Assembly (NCBI GenBank): GCA_945871905.1
Contig: CAMBXL010000004.1
Span: 132,095 to 196,094, forward strand
Length of the DNA: 64,000 nucleotides
Reading direction: 5' to 3'
Source of the DNA: Chitinophaga pinensis
GTDB lineage: Bacteria; Bacteroidota; Bacteroidia; NS11-12g; UBA955
The position numbers and the translations under genes are program-made. Shown one piece after another: positions 39,670 through 48,588 of this stretch. The notes under the pieces are model-generated. The model saw only the letters and a program-made list of their open reading frames with translations, searched no databases and was not told the origin of the DNA. The first letter of the stretch is position 1, and each line of letters starts with the position of its first letter.

Positions 39670-41979
39670 ATGAATGCTTGCAAATCTACCAAATTAGTTC
39701 CCCAAGACAAACATTTGTTAGAAAAAAATATAATTAAAACAACTGTAACTGATAATAATGTCTTTAACAAGGTCATTAGTATATTGGACAGAGACCAAGC
39801 TATTTATGTAAAACACAAGCCCAATCGTAAAATATTGGTATTAGGGAAATTTTACTTAGGTCTATACAACGTAGGCAGCAGCAAAAAATATCCCGAAAAA
39901 AATGACAGTACAAAATGGCGTAAGTATCTCCGCAAAATTGGCGAAGCTCCTATCCTACTCGACACTAATGAAATACAAAAAACAAAAGTCAATCTTAAAA
40001 AATACTTAATAAACAAAGGCTATCTGAATTGTGACATTGAACACCAAGTAGTATACAAAAAGAAAAAAGCCATAGTCACCTATTTTATCAATCCTAACAA
40101 TGCCTTTACCATTCGCAAAATAATGTTGTTTGCCGATGATGCTGAAATTGACCAATTGCTAAACCAAAACATGAAGTTTTCTTTGCTTGATTCAGGCAAT
40201 AATCTGGACATTGAAGTCATTTCGCAAGAACGCAATAGAATGACTGAACTTCTTAGAAATAGTGGCTATTTTGACTTTAATAAAGATTATTTTGATTTTG
40301 AATTGGATACTATTAAAAAAGTGAATCAGGTGGATATTGTTATAAATATTTCCAACAAAGTAAATGGTGAAAGATTTATAAAAAAGAAAATCAATGCCAT
40401 CAATGTGGTTTTTGAAAATGATGAAGAAACTCAAAAACCTGAATCTACAATTTATTTCAACGGCATATCGTTCAATTTCAATGGTTACCCATTAAAACCT
40501 TATGTCATTGCAAAAAATATCACGATTAAAAAAGACTCTTTGTTCTGTGAGAACGAACTTGAAATTTCTTACGCCAAACTGAGTGAGCTTAGTATTTTCA
40601 AATTTATTGATATCACTTTTTTACCCAATCCCTTGGATACAGTTAATTCATTGAATGTACAAGTTACACTAAGAACCAATCTAAGACAGACGTTTTCTGT
40701 AGAACCGCAAGGAATTGTATCACAATTAAACAGAATTCAAAACAGCAGTTTGAGTTCCAATTCTTATGGTATTGCCAACAGTTTGATATGGGCGCACCGC
40801 AACTTATTTCGAAATGCAGAATTGTTTGAAATCAGTTCAAATACAAGAATGGAAACACAGTTTTACCGCGATGTAACAAGTAATCAGCTATTCTATACCA
40901 ATTTGGCGGTACAACAAAGTTTAAATGCCAGTTTAACCATTCCTAAATCATCGTTTATGAGGCCAATAGAAAGATGGAAAAATGTTAAATCAGTTAAAAC
41001 CAACTTCAATGTGTCATTTTTGTATGAGTTGAACCCCGACTATACCCGTAAAATATTGCCCTTAACTTATCAATATCAAATACAATCGAATCGTTTTACA
41101 TGGTATTTAAACATCGCTGAAATTTCCTTTAGTAGAAATAACTTAACCGATGTAAACTTATTTGGGCGAAATGACAGTGCATTTATAACCCGTATTTTTC
41201 AAAACAACTTGATTACGTCGAGCAGTTTAAATTTCTTTTTTACTAATAAAAACACAACTAAAAGTAGAAGTTTTTTCATTGTTCGTGCCAATGTGATAGA
41301 ATTAGGCGGCAATATTCACCGTTTGGCTAGACGTATTTTAGACAATCAAAATAATGCAGACACTGCATACCAATTGTTCAACGTCAATTATTTCCAATAT
41401 GCCAAAACCGAGATTGATGCGAGGTGTAGCACCAAATTGAACGAAAATTCATCCCTTGGATTTCGGTTAAATATGGGTGCCACCTACCCTTATTCCAATC
41501 AGAAAGAAGTGGCGTTTGATAAATTGTATTTTATAGGTGGAGCTAATAGTTTGAGAGGTTGGCGACCTCGAACCATTGGGCCGGGGGTTTATTTACCCAA
41601 TACCAATAATTTCAGAATAGACAGAGCAGGTGATTTAGTGATACAAGGAAGTATTGAATACCGATTTGACTTAATTAAAAACAAATTAGAAGGCGCCTTT
41701 TTTACCGATGCGGGCAATATTTGGATATTGAGAAACGAGAACAATGTGAATCCAGATAAATTATTCAAAATAAACCAATCCTACAAAGACATAGCAGCAA
41801 ATGCAGGAATTGGCGCTAGAATAGATTTTCAGTTCTTTTTATTCCGTTTAGACTATGGGTTTCAAATCCACAATCCAGAGTTTGTAGGAACAGAGCGTTG
41901 GGTGATCAAATATTTTGCTAGAAACCAGTATTTTAGTAAATATGGATTACTTAATTTCGGTATTGGATATCCTTTTTAA
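39670..41979 (+). CDS. BamA/TamA family outer-membrane protein (POTRA domains plus a surface-antigen barrel).
   Basis: ~770-800 aa. A C-terminal Omp85-type barrel (…GGANSLRGW…DFQFFLFRLDYGFQIHN…GIGYPF). Start uncertain: ATG at 39670 or TTG at 39652 (LLFILLMNAC lipobox-like). The ORF-track start at 39562 would overlap trmH. Confidence 0.65.
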   Translation: MNACKSTKLVPQDKHLLEKNIIKTTVTDNNVFNKVISILDRDQAIYVKHKPNRKILVLGKFYLGLYNVGSSKKYPEKNDSTKWRKYLRKIGEAPILLDTNEIQKTKVNLKKYLINKGYLNCDIEHQVVYKKKKAIVTYFINPNNAFTIRKIMLFADDAEIDQLLNQNMKFSLLDSGNNLDIEVISQERNRMTELLRNSGYFDFNKDYFDFELDTIKKVNQVDIVINISNKVNGERFIKKKINAINVVFENDEETQKPESTIYFNGISFNFNGYPLKPYVIAKNITIKKDSLFCENELEISYAKLSELSIFKFIDITFLPNPLDTVNSLNVQVTLRTNLRQTFSVEPQGIVSQLNRIQNSSLSSNSYGIANSLIWAHRNLFRNAELFEISSNTRMETQFYRDVTSNQLFYTNLAVQQSLNASLTIPKSSFMRPIERWKNVKSVKTNFNVSFLYELNPDYTRKILPLTYQYQIQSNRFTWYLNIAEISFSRNNLTDVNLFGRNDSAFITRIFQNNLITSSSLNFFFTNKNTTKSRSFFIVRANVIELGGNIHRLARRILDNQNNADTAYQLFNVNYFQYAKTEIDARCSTKLNENSSLGFRLNMGATYPYSNQKEVAFDKLYFIGGANSLRGWRPRTIGPGVYLPNTNNFRIDRAGDLVIQGSIEYRFDLIKNKLEGAFFTDAGNIWILRNENNVNPDKLFKINQSYKDIAANAGIGARIDFQFFLFRLDYGFQIHNPEFVGTERWVIKYFARNQYFSKYGLLNFGIGYPF

Positions 41980-41987
41980 AATCTTTT

Positions 41988-42016
41988 TTTGAATATGTAT
42001 TTTTTTTATATATTTG
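41988..42016 (+). promoter_or_regulatory. Putative Bacteroidota sigma-A promoter for tRNA-His, with TTTG at 41988-41991 and TATATTTG at 42009-42016.
   Basis: TTG-N17-TAnnTTTG with the -7 element ending 14 nt before the tRNA 5' end. Confidence 0.5.
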
Positions 42017-42030
42017 CAATCCCAAAAAAT

Positions 42031-42108
42031 GGTAGTCATAGCTCAGTTGGTTAGAGCATCGGTTTGTGGTACCGAGGGTCGTGGGTTCGAGCCCCATTGA
42101 TTACCCCA
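42031..42108 (+). tRNA. tRNA-His (anticodon GTG), with a genomically encoded G-1 and 3' CCA.
   Basis: Cloverleaf read by hand. Acceptor G-1/GTAGTCA pairs with TGATTAC/C73. D-arm GCTC-AGTTGGTTA-GAGC. Anticodon stem TCGGT/ACCGA with loop TTGTGGT. T-arm GTGGG-TTCGAGC-CCCAT. CCA at 42106-42108. Confidence 0.85.
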
Positions 42109-42142
42109 AAAGACAGATTTTAATTAATCTGTCTTTTTTTTG
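42109..42142 (+). terminator. Intrinsic terminator after tRNA-His (AGACAGATT-loop-AATCTGTCT followed by T8).
   Basis: A 9-bp perfect stem at 42111-42119 / 42126-42134, then TTTTTTTT. Confidence 0.6.
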
Positions 42143-42445
42143 AATAATGATATTCTATTTTAAAATAAAACGGTTTATTATTTAATAATGAATACTATAA
42201 ATATCAAATATTGAAACTCAAATCTAATGATGTAAAAGATAAGGCAAAAAAACCAACTCTTTCAAATCCTTTTATCAAATCTTCAAATACAAAATCATTC
42301 AAAGTGCCTCTCCTATTCAACTTAATTAACTTATCCACAATTTCACCACGACTTATCCATTGACAATGGGGAAAAATTGAAAGAATAAAACAAATAGATT
42401 ATTCGAGTTAATCTTATTTTTGAAAGTTGAAACCTCACTGTAAAA

Positions 42446-43126
42446 ATGAATATTAAATATTTTGGCCATTCTTGTTTTGCTATCGAAATAAACGGAATGA
42501 ACCTTTTGTTTGATCCCTTTATTACTCCCAATGAACTGGCAAAGGAGATTGATATAAAATCAATTAAAGCCGATTACATTTTTATCAGTCATGCCCACCA
42601 AGACCATATTTACGATGCGCTTGAAATTGCCAAAAACAACGATTCAACCATTGTTTCGTGTTGGGAAATTACCGAATGGGCCGTTTCTAATGGTCATACC
42701 AAAACACACCCTATGAACATTGGTGGCACTTGGAAATTCGACTTCGGAACAGTTCAAATGTTTAATGCTGTTCACTCTAGCTCTTTTCCCGATGGAAGCT
42801 ATGGCGGAAATCCAGCAGGCTTTGTTTTCAACTGCCCTAATCATTGTTTTTATTACAGCGGTGATACTGCTTTAACAATGGACATGAAACTTATTGCCGA
42901 ACGCTATAACTTAAATTTTGCTTTTTTACCACTTGGTAGCAATTTTACAATGGATATCTATGATGCCGTAAAAGCCTCAAAATTCTTAAATTGCAAACAC
43001 ATTATTGGAATGCATTTCGACACGTTTCCTTACATCAAAATCAATCATTCAACAGCCGAACATGCTTTTGAAAATGAAAATATTAAACTGACACTACTAC
43101 ACATCAACGAAGCAATAGAAATATAA
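42446..43126 (+). CDS. MBL-fold metal-dependent hydrolase (UPF0173 family).
   Basis: N-terminal [14 protein letters not shown] and HxHxDH (SHAHQDH). ~226 aa. Confidence 0.75.
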   Translation: MNIKYFGHSCFAIEINGMNLLFDPFITPNELAKEIDIKSIKADYIFISHAHQDHIYDALEIAKNNDSTIVSCWEITEWAVSNGHTKTHPMNIGGTWKFDFGTVQMFNAVHSSSFPDGSYGGNPAGFVFNCPNHCFYYSGDTALTMDMKLIAERYNLNFAFLPLGSNFTMDIYDAVKASKFLNCKHIIGMHFDTFPYIKINHSTAEHAFENENIKLTLLHINEAIEI

Positions 43127-43127
43127 C

Positions 43128-43928
43128 ATGGGAAAAATAATAACAATAGCCAATCAAAAAGGCGGTGTCGGCAAAACCACTTCTGCTATTAACCTTGCAG
43201 CTAGTTTGGCTGTTCTTGAATTTAAAACGCTGCTTGTTGATGCCGACCCACAAGCAAACTCCTCTTCTGGTATTGGGTTCGACCCACAAAATGTGAAAGT
43301 AGGTTTATACGATTGCCTAATCAATGAACGTCCTGCTTCGGAAGTTATTCTAAAAACAGACTTAAAATTCCTTGACTTACTTCCTTCTAACATCAATTTA
43401 GTGGGAGCTGAGCTGGAAATGATTGACTTGCCTAACAGAGAAAAAGTAATGAAAAAAGCCTTTGAACAACTTAAAAAAGAATATGAATTCATTATTATTG
43501 ATTGTTCGCCTTCTCTAGGTTTAATTACAACAAACTCTCTGTGTGCCGCCGATTCTATCATTATTCCTGTTCAATGTGAGTATTTTGCATTAGAAGGATT
43601 AGGTAAGTTGTTAAATACCATTCGTATCGTTCAAAAAGAGTTAAATAAAAACTTAGCTATTGAAGGTATACTTCTAACCATGTATGATTCACGCCTTAGA
43701 CTTTGCAATCAGGTGGTTGAAGATGTAAAAATGCACTTCCAAAACATGGTGTTTGATACCATCATCCCCAGAAATACCAAATTAAGTGAAGCTCCAAGTT
43801 TTGGCATCCCTGTTTTGTCACACGATATAACAAGCAAGGGGTCTACAACCTACCTTAACTTAGCAAGAGAAATCTTACAAAAAAATGGTTTAACTAAACT
43901 AGAAAACAGCGAAAAAGTAATTTCATAA
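43128..43928 (+). CDS. parA: ParA/Soj chromosome-partitioning ATPase.
   Basis: Deviant Walker A KGGVGKTT. 266 aa. Directly upstream of parB. Confidence 0.88.
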   Translation: MGKIITIANQKGGVGKTTSAINLAASLAVLEFKTLLVDADPQANSSSGIGFDPQNVKVGLYDCLINERPASEVILKTDLKFLDLLPSNINLVGAELEMIDLPNREKVMKKAFEQLKKEYEFIIIDCSPSLGLITTNSLCAADSIIIPVQCEYFALEGLGKLLNTIRIVQKELNKNLAIEGILLTMYDSRLRLCNQVVEDVKMHFQNMVFDTIIPRNTKLSEAPSFGIPVLSHDITSKGSTTYLNLAREILQKNGLTKLENSEKVIS

Positions 43929-43952
43929 ATCAAGCAGACAACTCATTATAGA

Positions 43953-44879
43953 ATGGCGAAAGAAGAATTAAATATCAAGAAAAAAGGTGGATTAGGAAAA
44001 GGATTATCAGCATTACTCAATAATGCAGATACCGATATTACTGTATCAGACGAATATCGTGCAGGTGGTAGTGTAAACTTTATTAAAATCAGTCAGATTG
44101 AAGCCAATCCATTTCAGCCTAGAACAGAATTTGAGCAAAAAGCATTAGAAGAATTGTCGGAATCCATTAAAATACATGGATTAATTCAACCCGTTACGGT
44201 TCGTAAAATGGGTTATGACAAGTTCCAACTGATAAGTGGCGAACGCAGAACTAGAGCTTCGATATTAGCCGGTCTTGTTAAAATTCCTGCTTATGTAAGA
44301 ATTGCCAATGACCAAGAAATGCTCGAAATGGCATTGATTGAAAACATACAACGTGAAAACTTAAATCCTATGGAGGTTTCATTAAGTTACAAGAGATTGT
44401 TGGATGAATGTCAGTTGAAACAAGATGAACTGGGCGAGCGTGTTGGAAAAGACAGAAGTACGGTAAGCAACTACCTTAGATTGCTTAAATTACCTGAGGA
44501 AATCCAATTGGCTCTTCAAGCCAATAAAATTTCAATGGGTCACGCCAAAGCCATACTAGCGGTTGACGAAGCTATTGAACAAATTAACCTTTACAGCCGA
44601 ATTATCAATGACAACTTAAGTGTTAGAAATGCAGAAGAATTGGCTAAATTGTCTAAAAACGATAAAGCTAATGGATCAGCTCCATCTTCAGGTGCAAAAC
44701 CTAAAGCTAATGCTTTTGACATTGACGATGCCCTTAAATTGAAACTCGACTATTTGAATAAAAAGTTGAAAACAAAAATCAGCGTTAAGAATAAAGGGAG
44801 TAAAGGCGAATTAGTCATTCCTTTTAATCAATACGTAGATTTGGAACGAATTTTGACTGCGTTAAACGTCGATGAATAA
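43953..44879 (+). CDS. parB: ParB/Spo0J partition protein.
   Basis: ParB box (LIENIQRENLNPME; GERRTRAS) and an HTH. 308 aa. Confidence 0.88.
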   Translation: MAKEELNIKKKGGLGKGLSALLNNADTDITVSDEYRAGGSVNFIKISQIEANPFQPRTEFEQKALEELSESIKIHGLIQPVTVRKMGYDKFQLISGERRTRASILAGLVKIPAYVRIANDQEMLEMALIENIQRENLNPMEVSLSYKRLLDECQLKQDELGERVGKDRSTVSNYLRLLKLPEEIQLALQANKISMGHAKAILAVDEAIEQINLYSRIINDNLSVRNAEELAKLSKNDKANGSAPSSGAKPKANAFDIDDALKLKLDYLNKKLKTKISVKNKGSKGELVIPFNQYVDLERILTALNVDE

Positions 44880-45450
44880 ATTTGTCCTTTTATTTTTTTT
44901 CAATTTTTGCCTATTGAATGCGTGGTCATTAGACACTATCAAATACCACCATTCTCATTCCCTTTCTCAAACTTTCAAAAGTACTGAAGAAAAAAAACAT
45001 TCACCACACAAAGCGTCCATTTACAGTGCTATACTTCCCGGTTTGGGACAAGCATACAATAAAAAATACTGGAAAATCCCAATTGTATATGCGGGACTTG
45101 GCGTAACGGGTTATTTTTTATTAAACAATCGTCAAAAAGTGCGCGAATTACAGCAAGCACTCAATGTCTTGTACGACAACGACCCCAATACTGTTCCTGA
45201 GGCTAAGTATAGTAAAGTTGACCGTGAGGTGTTACAAGCACAAAGGAACATAGCGCGCACCAATCGCGATTACAGTATTATTGCATTTTCTGGCGTTTAT
45301 TTAATTAATATAGTAGATGCCGCAATAGACGCTCATTTTTATCAATTCAACATAGACAAGCCATTGGCGATGCAACGAAAAAAGAACTGGAACCTACATT
45401 CATCATCGCAGTTCAATCAACATCAGATTGGATTGAATATTCGATTTTAG
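44872..45450 (+). CDS. DUF5683 domain protein (the conserved third gene of Bacteroidota parAB loci).
   Basis: SAILPGLGQAYNKKYWKIPIVYAGLG motif. An 8-nt overlap with parB. Confidence 0.6.
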   Translation: MNKFVLLFFFNFCLLNAWSLDTIKYHHSHSLSQTFKSTEEKKHSPHKASIYSAILPGLGQAYNKKYWKIPIVYAGLGVTGYFLLNNRQKVRELQQALNVLYDNDPNTVPEAKYSKVDREVLQAQRNIARTNRDYSIIAFSGVYLINIVDAAIDAHFYQFNIDKPLAMQRKKNWNLHSSSQFNQHQIGLNIRF

Positions 45451-45464
45451 ATTTATTTCATTTC

Positions 45465-45645
45465 AGCTCTCGCTAGCATCTTGCTAGTGATTCTGTGCTT
45501 TGCCTCTGGCACAAATACCCTAAATCCTAATTCCTAAATCCTCATTCCTCATTCCCCTGCTCTAGCTAGCATCTTGCTGGTGATTCGGGGCTTTGCCTCT
45601 GGCACAAATACCCCTAATTCCTAATTCCTATTTCCTATTTCCTAA
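45465..45645. repeat. Two tandem ~93-bp copies of a structured element. Each carries a short hairpin (CTAGC-ATCTT-GCTAG), a conserved GCCTCTGGCACAAATACC box and 4-5 degenerate heptamer repeats ((A/T)(A/T)TTCCT).
   Basis: Copy 1 is ~45465-45557 and copy 2 is ~45558-45645, about 85% identical. They fill the whole spacer between the convergent DUF5683 and recG stops. Confidence 0.6.
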
Positions 45646-45652
45646 AAAACCA

Positions 45653-47764
45653 TCAACTAATCTGGCTCCAAAAATGGTCCGACTGATGTTGTATTAAATA
45701 CTGGAGTAATGGTTTGTGATTCTGGTCTTTCAAATCAAAATCTAGTTTAAGTAAATAGGCTGCAGCCCTTTTAGCTAAATCTATAATTTCAGTATCCTTT
45801 CCTAAATCCAATAATTTAAAGTCGGGCAAACCACTTTGACGGGTCCCTAAAACATCGCCGGGACCTCTCAACTCAAGGTCGACCTGTGAAATAATAAAAC
45901 CATCATTGGTTTTGCACATGGTATTAATTCTTTTTTTCGAAGGGTAATTCAATTCATCCTTGGTCATTAAAATACAATAACTTTGTTCAGATCCCCTTCC
46001 TACTCTTCCTCTTAGTTGGTGCAATTGAGACAAACCAAATCGGTTGGCGTTTTCAATAATCATTACTGAGGCATTTGGGACATTGACCCCCACTTCTATC
46101 ACCGTAGTAGAAACCATTATTTGGGTAATACCGTTTTTAAATCGGTTCATTTCCAACTCCTTTACATCTTGTTTCATTTTTCCATGCAACAAACTTATTT
46201 GATATTTGGGTACAGGAAAATAGGAATTCACCTCATCATAACCGTTCATTAAATCGTTCAAATCCAGTTTACTCGACTCTTCAATCAATGGATACACAAT
46301 ATATATTTGTCTACCCTTGTCAATTTGTGTTTTCACAAAAGACATCACCTCATACCTCAAACTTTCATCTTTGTGTAAGGTTCTTATCGGTTTTCTGTCT
46401 TTGGGTAGTTCGTCAATAATAGAAACATCCAATTCGCCATGAACAGTCATTGCCAATGTTCGGGGAATAGGCGTTGCGGTCATCACTAATATGTGTGGGT
46501 TAATTGACTTTTTCCAAAGTTTAGCCCTTTGAGCCACCCCAAAACGGTGTTGTTCGTCTATTATTGCCAATCCCATAGAATGAAAAGCCACATCATCTTC
46601 AATCAATGCATGAGTACCTATGAGTATGTCAATTTGATGTTCCTTTAGTAGGGCTAATATTTCACGTCTTTCTTTTGCAGTCGTTGAACCTGTTAATAAG
46701 CGAACATTTACTGGCAACTCTTTCAATAAATCGGAAATGGTTATATAATGCTGAAAAGCCAAAATCTCAGTTGGTGCCATTAAGCATGATTGATGACCAT
46801 TGTCTTTGGCCAAAAGCATACACAAGAGTGCAACAATTGTTTTACCACTTCCAACATCACCTTGAAGCAGGCGATTCATTTGACTGCCGTGTGCCAAGTC
46901 CTCTTTGATTTCTTTAATTACTCGTTTTTGAGCGTTTGTGAGTTCGAATGTTAAATGTTCCTTATAAAATTGATTGAAATTATCACCAACTTTGGGCATT
47001 TTTATCCCTTGTTGTGTTTGTTTTCTGAGTGCTTTGTTTTTTTCGGAACGCATGGCCAGTACAAACATTTCCTCAAACTTTATTCGGCGAATGGCATCGC
47101 TAGCTTCATGTTCCGTTCTTGGATAATGAATCCATTTAATGGCTTGTTGTGCTGATATTAATTTAATAGGATACGTTATAGTATCTGGAATAAATTCGGG
47201 CCACACAAACTGTGGATTGGTAACAATTTGAACCACCATGTTACCGATTAATTTTGAATCGACATACCTGCTTTTCAACTTTTCTGTCAACGGATACACT
47301 GGTTCCATTTTCAAACCAAGTTTATCATCTTCGGGGGTATATAGTTTTATTTCAGGGTGAGAAATACTAAGGGTTCCATTAAAATTAGTTACCTTTCCGT
47401 AAACGGTATATACATGTTGAAGTTTCAGATTTTTGATGACGTATTGGTAATTTTTAAACCATACCAAATTTATTATACCGCTACTGTCTTTAATAACAGC
47501 ACTGAGGCGTTTACCATTTTTAGACGTTTGCAATTGAAAATCGAGCAAAATCCCTCTAATTTGGATATTGGGCGATTCTTCAGAAAACTCTTTAATAAGA
47601 GACACTTTTGATTTATCGACATACCGAGTGGGGTAATATTGTAAAACATCTTTAAAAGTAAAAAGCCCAAGTTCAGATTTAATAACTTCAGCTTTTTGGG
47701 GTCCTACCCCTTTCAAATATTCAATATTAGAGTTTAAAAAATGGTTCAAAGATTGGTATTGCAA
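45653..47764 (-). CDS. recG: ATP-dependent DNA helicase RecG.
   Basis: Wedge domain, Walker A (GDVGSGKT), DEQH (IIDEQHRFG) and the TRG motif. 703 aa. Confidence 0.9.
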   Translation of the reverse strand: MQYQSLNHFLNSNIEYLKGVGPQKAEVIKSELGLFTFKDVLQYYPTRYVDKSKVSLIKEFSEESPNIQIRGILLDFQLQTSKNGKRLSAVIKDSSGIINLVWFKNYQYVIKNLKLQHVYTVYGKVTNFNGTLSISHPEIKLYTPEDDKLGLKMEPVYPLTEKLKSRYVDSKLIGNMVVQIVTNPQFVWPEFIPDTITYPIKLISAQQAIKWIHYPRTEHEASDAIRRIKFEEMFVLAMRSEKNKALRKQTQQGIKMPKVGDNFNQFYKEHLTFELTNAQKRVIKEIKEDLAHGSQMNRLLQGDVGSGKTIVALLCMLLAKDNGHQSCLMAPTEILAFQHYITISDLLKELPVNVRLLTGSTTAKERREILALLKEHQIDILIGTHALIEDDVAFHSMGLAIIDEQHRFGVAQRAKLWKKSINPHILVMTATPIPRTLAMTVHGELDVSIIDELPKDRKPIRTLHKDESLRYEVMSFVKTQIDKGRQIYIVYPLIEESSKLDLNDLMNGYDEVNSYFPVPKYQISLLHGKMKQDVKELEMNRFKNGITQIMVSTTVIEVGVNVPNASVMIIENANRFGLSQLHQLRGRVGRGSEQSYCILMTKDELNYPSKKRINTMCKTNDGFIISQVDLELRGPGDVLGTRQSGLPDFKLLDLGKDTEIIDLAKRAAAYLLKLDFDLKDQNHKPLLQYLIQHQSDHFWSQIS

Positions 47765-47806
47765 TATTATAAATTATCTCTAATTTTGCAGTACTTTTTA
47801 TAAAAA

Positions 47807-48229
47807 ATGAAAAAAATCTTTATTCTTTCAATCATTGCAAGTGCATTTATTGCCTGCAACAACGCACCAAAAGTGACTGAATCTGCAACTAAAGTTGTAG
47901 AACTTACCTCATGGGTTGACTCAATTAAAAACGTAATTGGATCAACGACATCATACGACACAGCCACTTGGGTTGGGTATTCAGAGAGTTTTAATGGCGT
48001 TTTAGCTTCTGTAAACGAAACAGAATTAGATGAGGCTTCAAAAACAGCTTTAGAATCAGTTAAAACTTCTTGGACTGAATTAACTAATATTTATACCAAA
48101 GGATTAGAAGCTGCAGCAATGAAAGCTAATGAAGCAAAAGATTCTACAATTGCTGAATTACCAACTTCAGAAGCTACAGTTGATCAAAAAACGGTCCTAG
48201 AAAAAGTGAAAGAAGCTGTTAAAAAATAA
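47807..48229 (+). CDS. Hypothetical lipoprotein.
   Basis: Lipobox (SAFIACNN). An Ala/Glu/Thr-rich helical 140-aa protein. Confidence 0.45.
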   Translation: MKKIFILSIIASAFIACNNAPKVTESATKVVELTSWVDSIKNVIGSTTSYDTATWVGYSESFNGVLASVNETELDEASKTALESVKTSWTELTNIYTKGLEAAAMKANEAKDSTIAELPTSEATVDQKTVLEKVKEAVKK

Positions 48230-48253
48230 TATTTCACAAAATAATATTGAAGA

Positions 48254-48283
48254 AGTTGAGCATAACCGCTCAACTTTTTTTTA
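48254..48283 (+). terminator. Intrinsic terminator (AGTTGAGC-ATAACC-GCTCAACT followed by T8).
   Basis: An 8-bp stem followed by a T-run, 25 nt after the lipoprotein stop. Confidence 0.6.
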
Positions 48284-48588
48284 TTTAGCAATTTTAATAT
48301 ACACTCTATTCATGAATTAATACATTCAACTTAATGTGTGTTGCATTTTTGCTAAACAAAAAAATACAAGGCAATTTAAACAACTTGATTTACAATTTGA
48401 AACAAATCACTAGATAAATATTAATTGTAATTTTTTTTGAAATAAAAATTATGAAGAACCCCTTAAAATATGAATACATTGTAATTTCTATCTTTAATTT
48501 TTTAAGTGTATTTTTTATGATTAAATATTTTTAGGATATTAAAATAATTATTTCTAATTTTGCCGCCCCACAAAGGAGGAAACAAAAT

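Noticed and set aside
42343-42531. 62-aa minus-strand ORF in the spacer after tRNA-His, overlapping the start of the MBL hydrolase gene.
   Set aside because: Its translation is low-complexity and it overlaps a confident gene, with no promoter or RBS context. It is most likely spurious. The spacer itself is reported as a finding.
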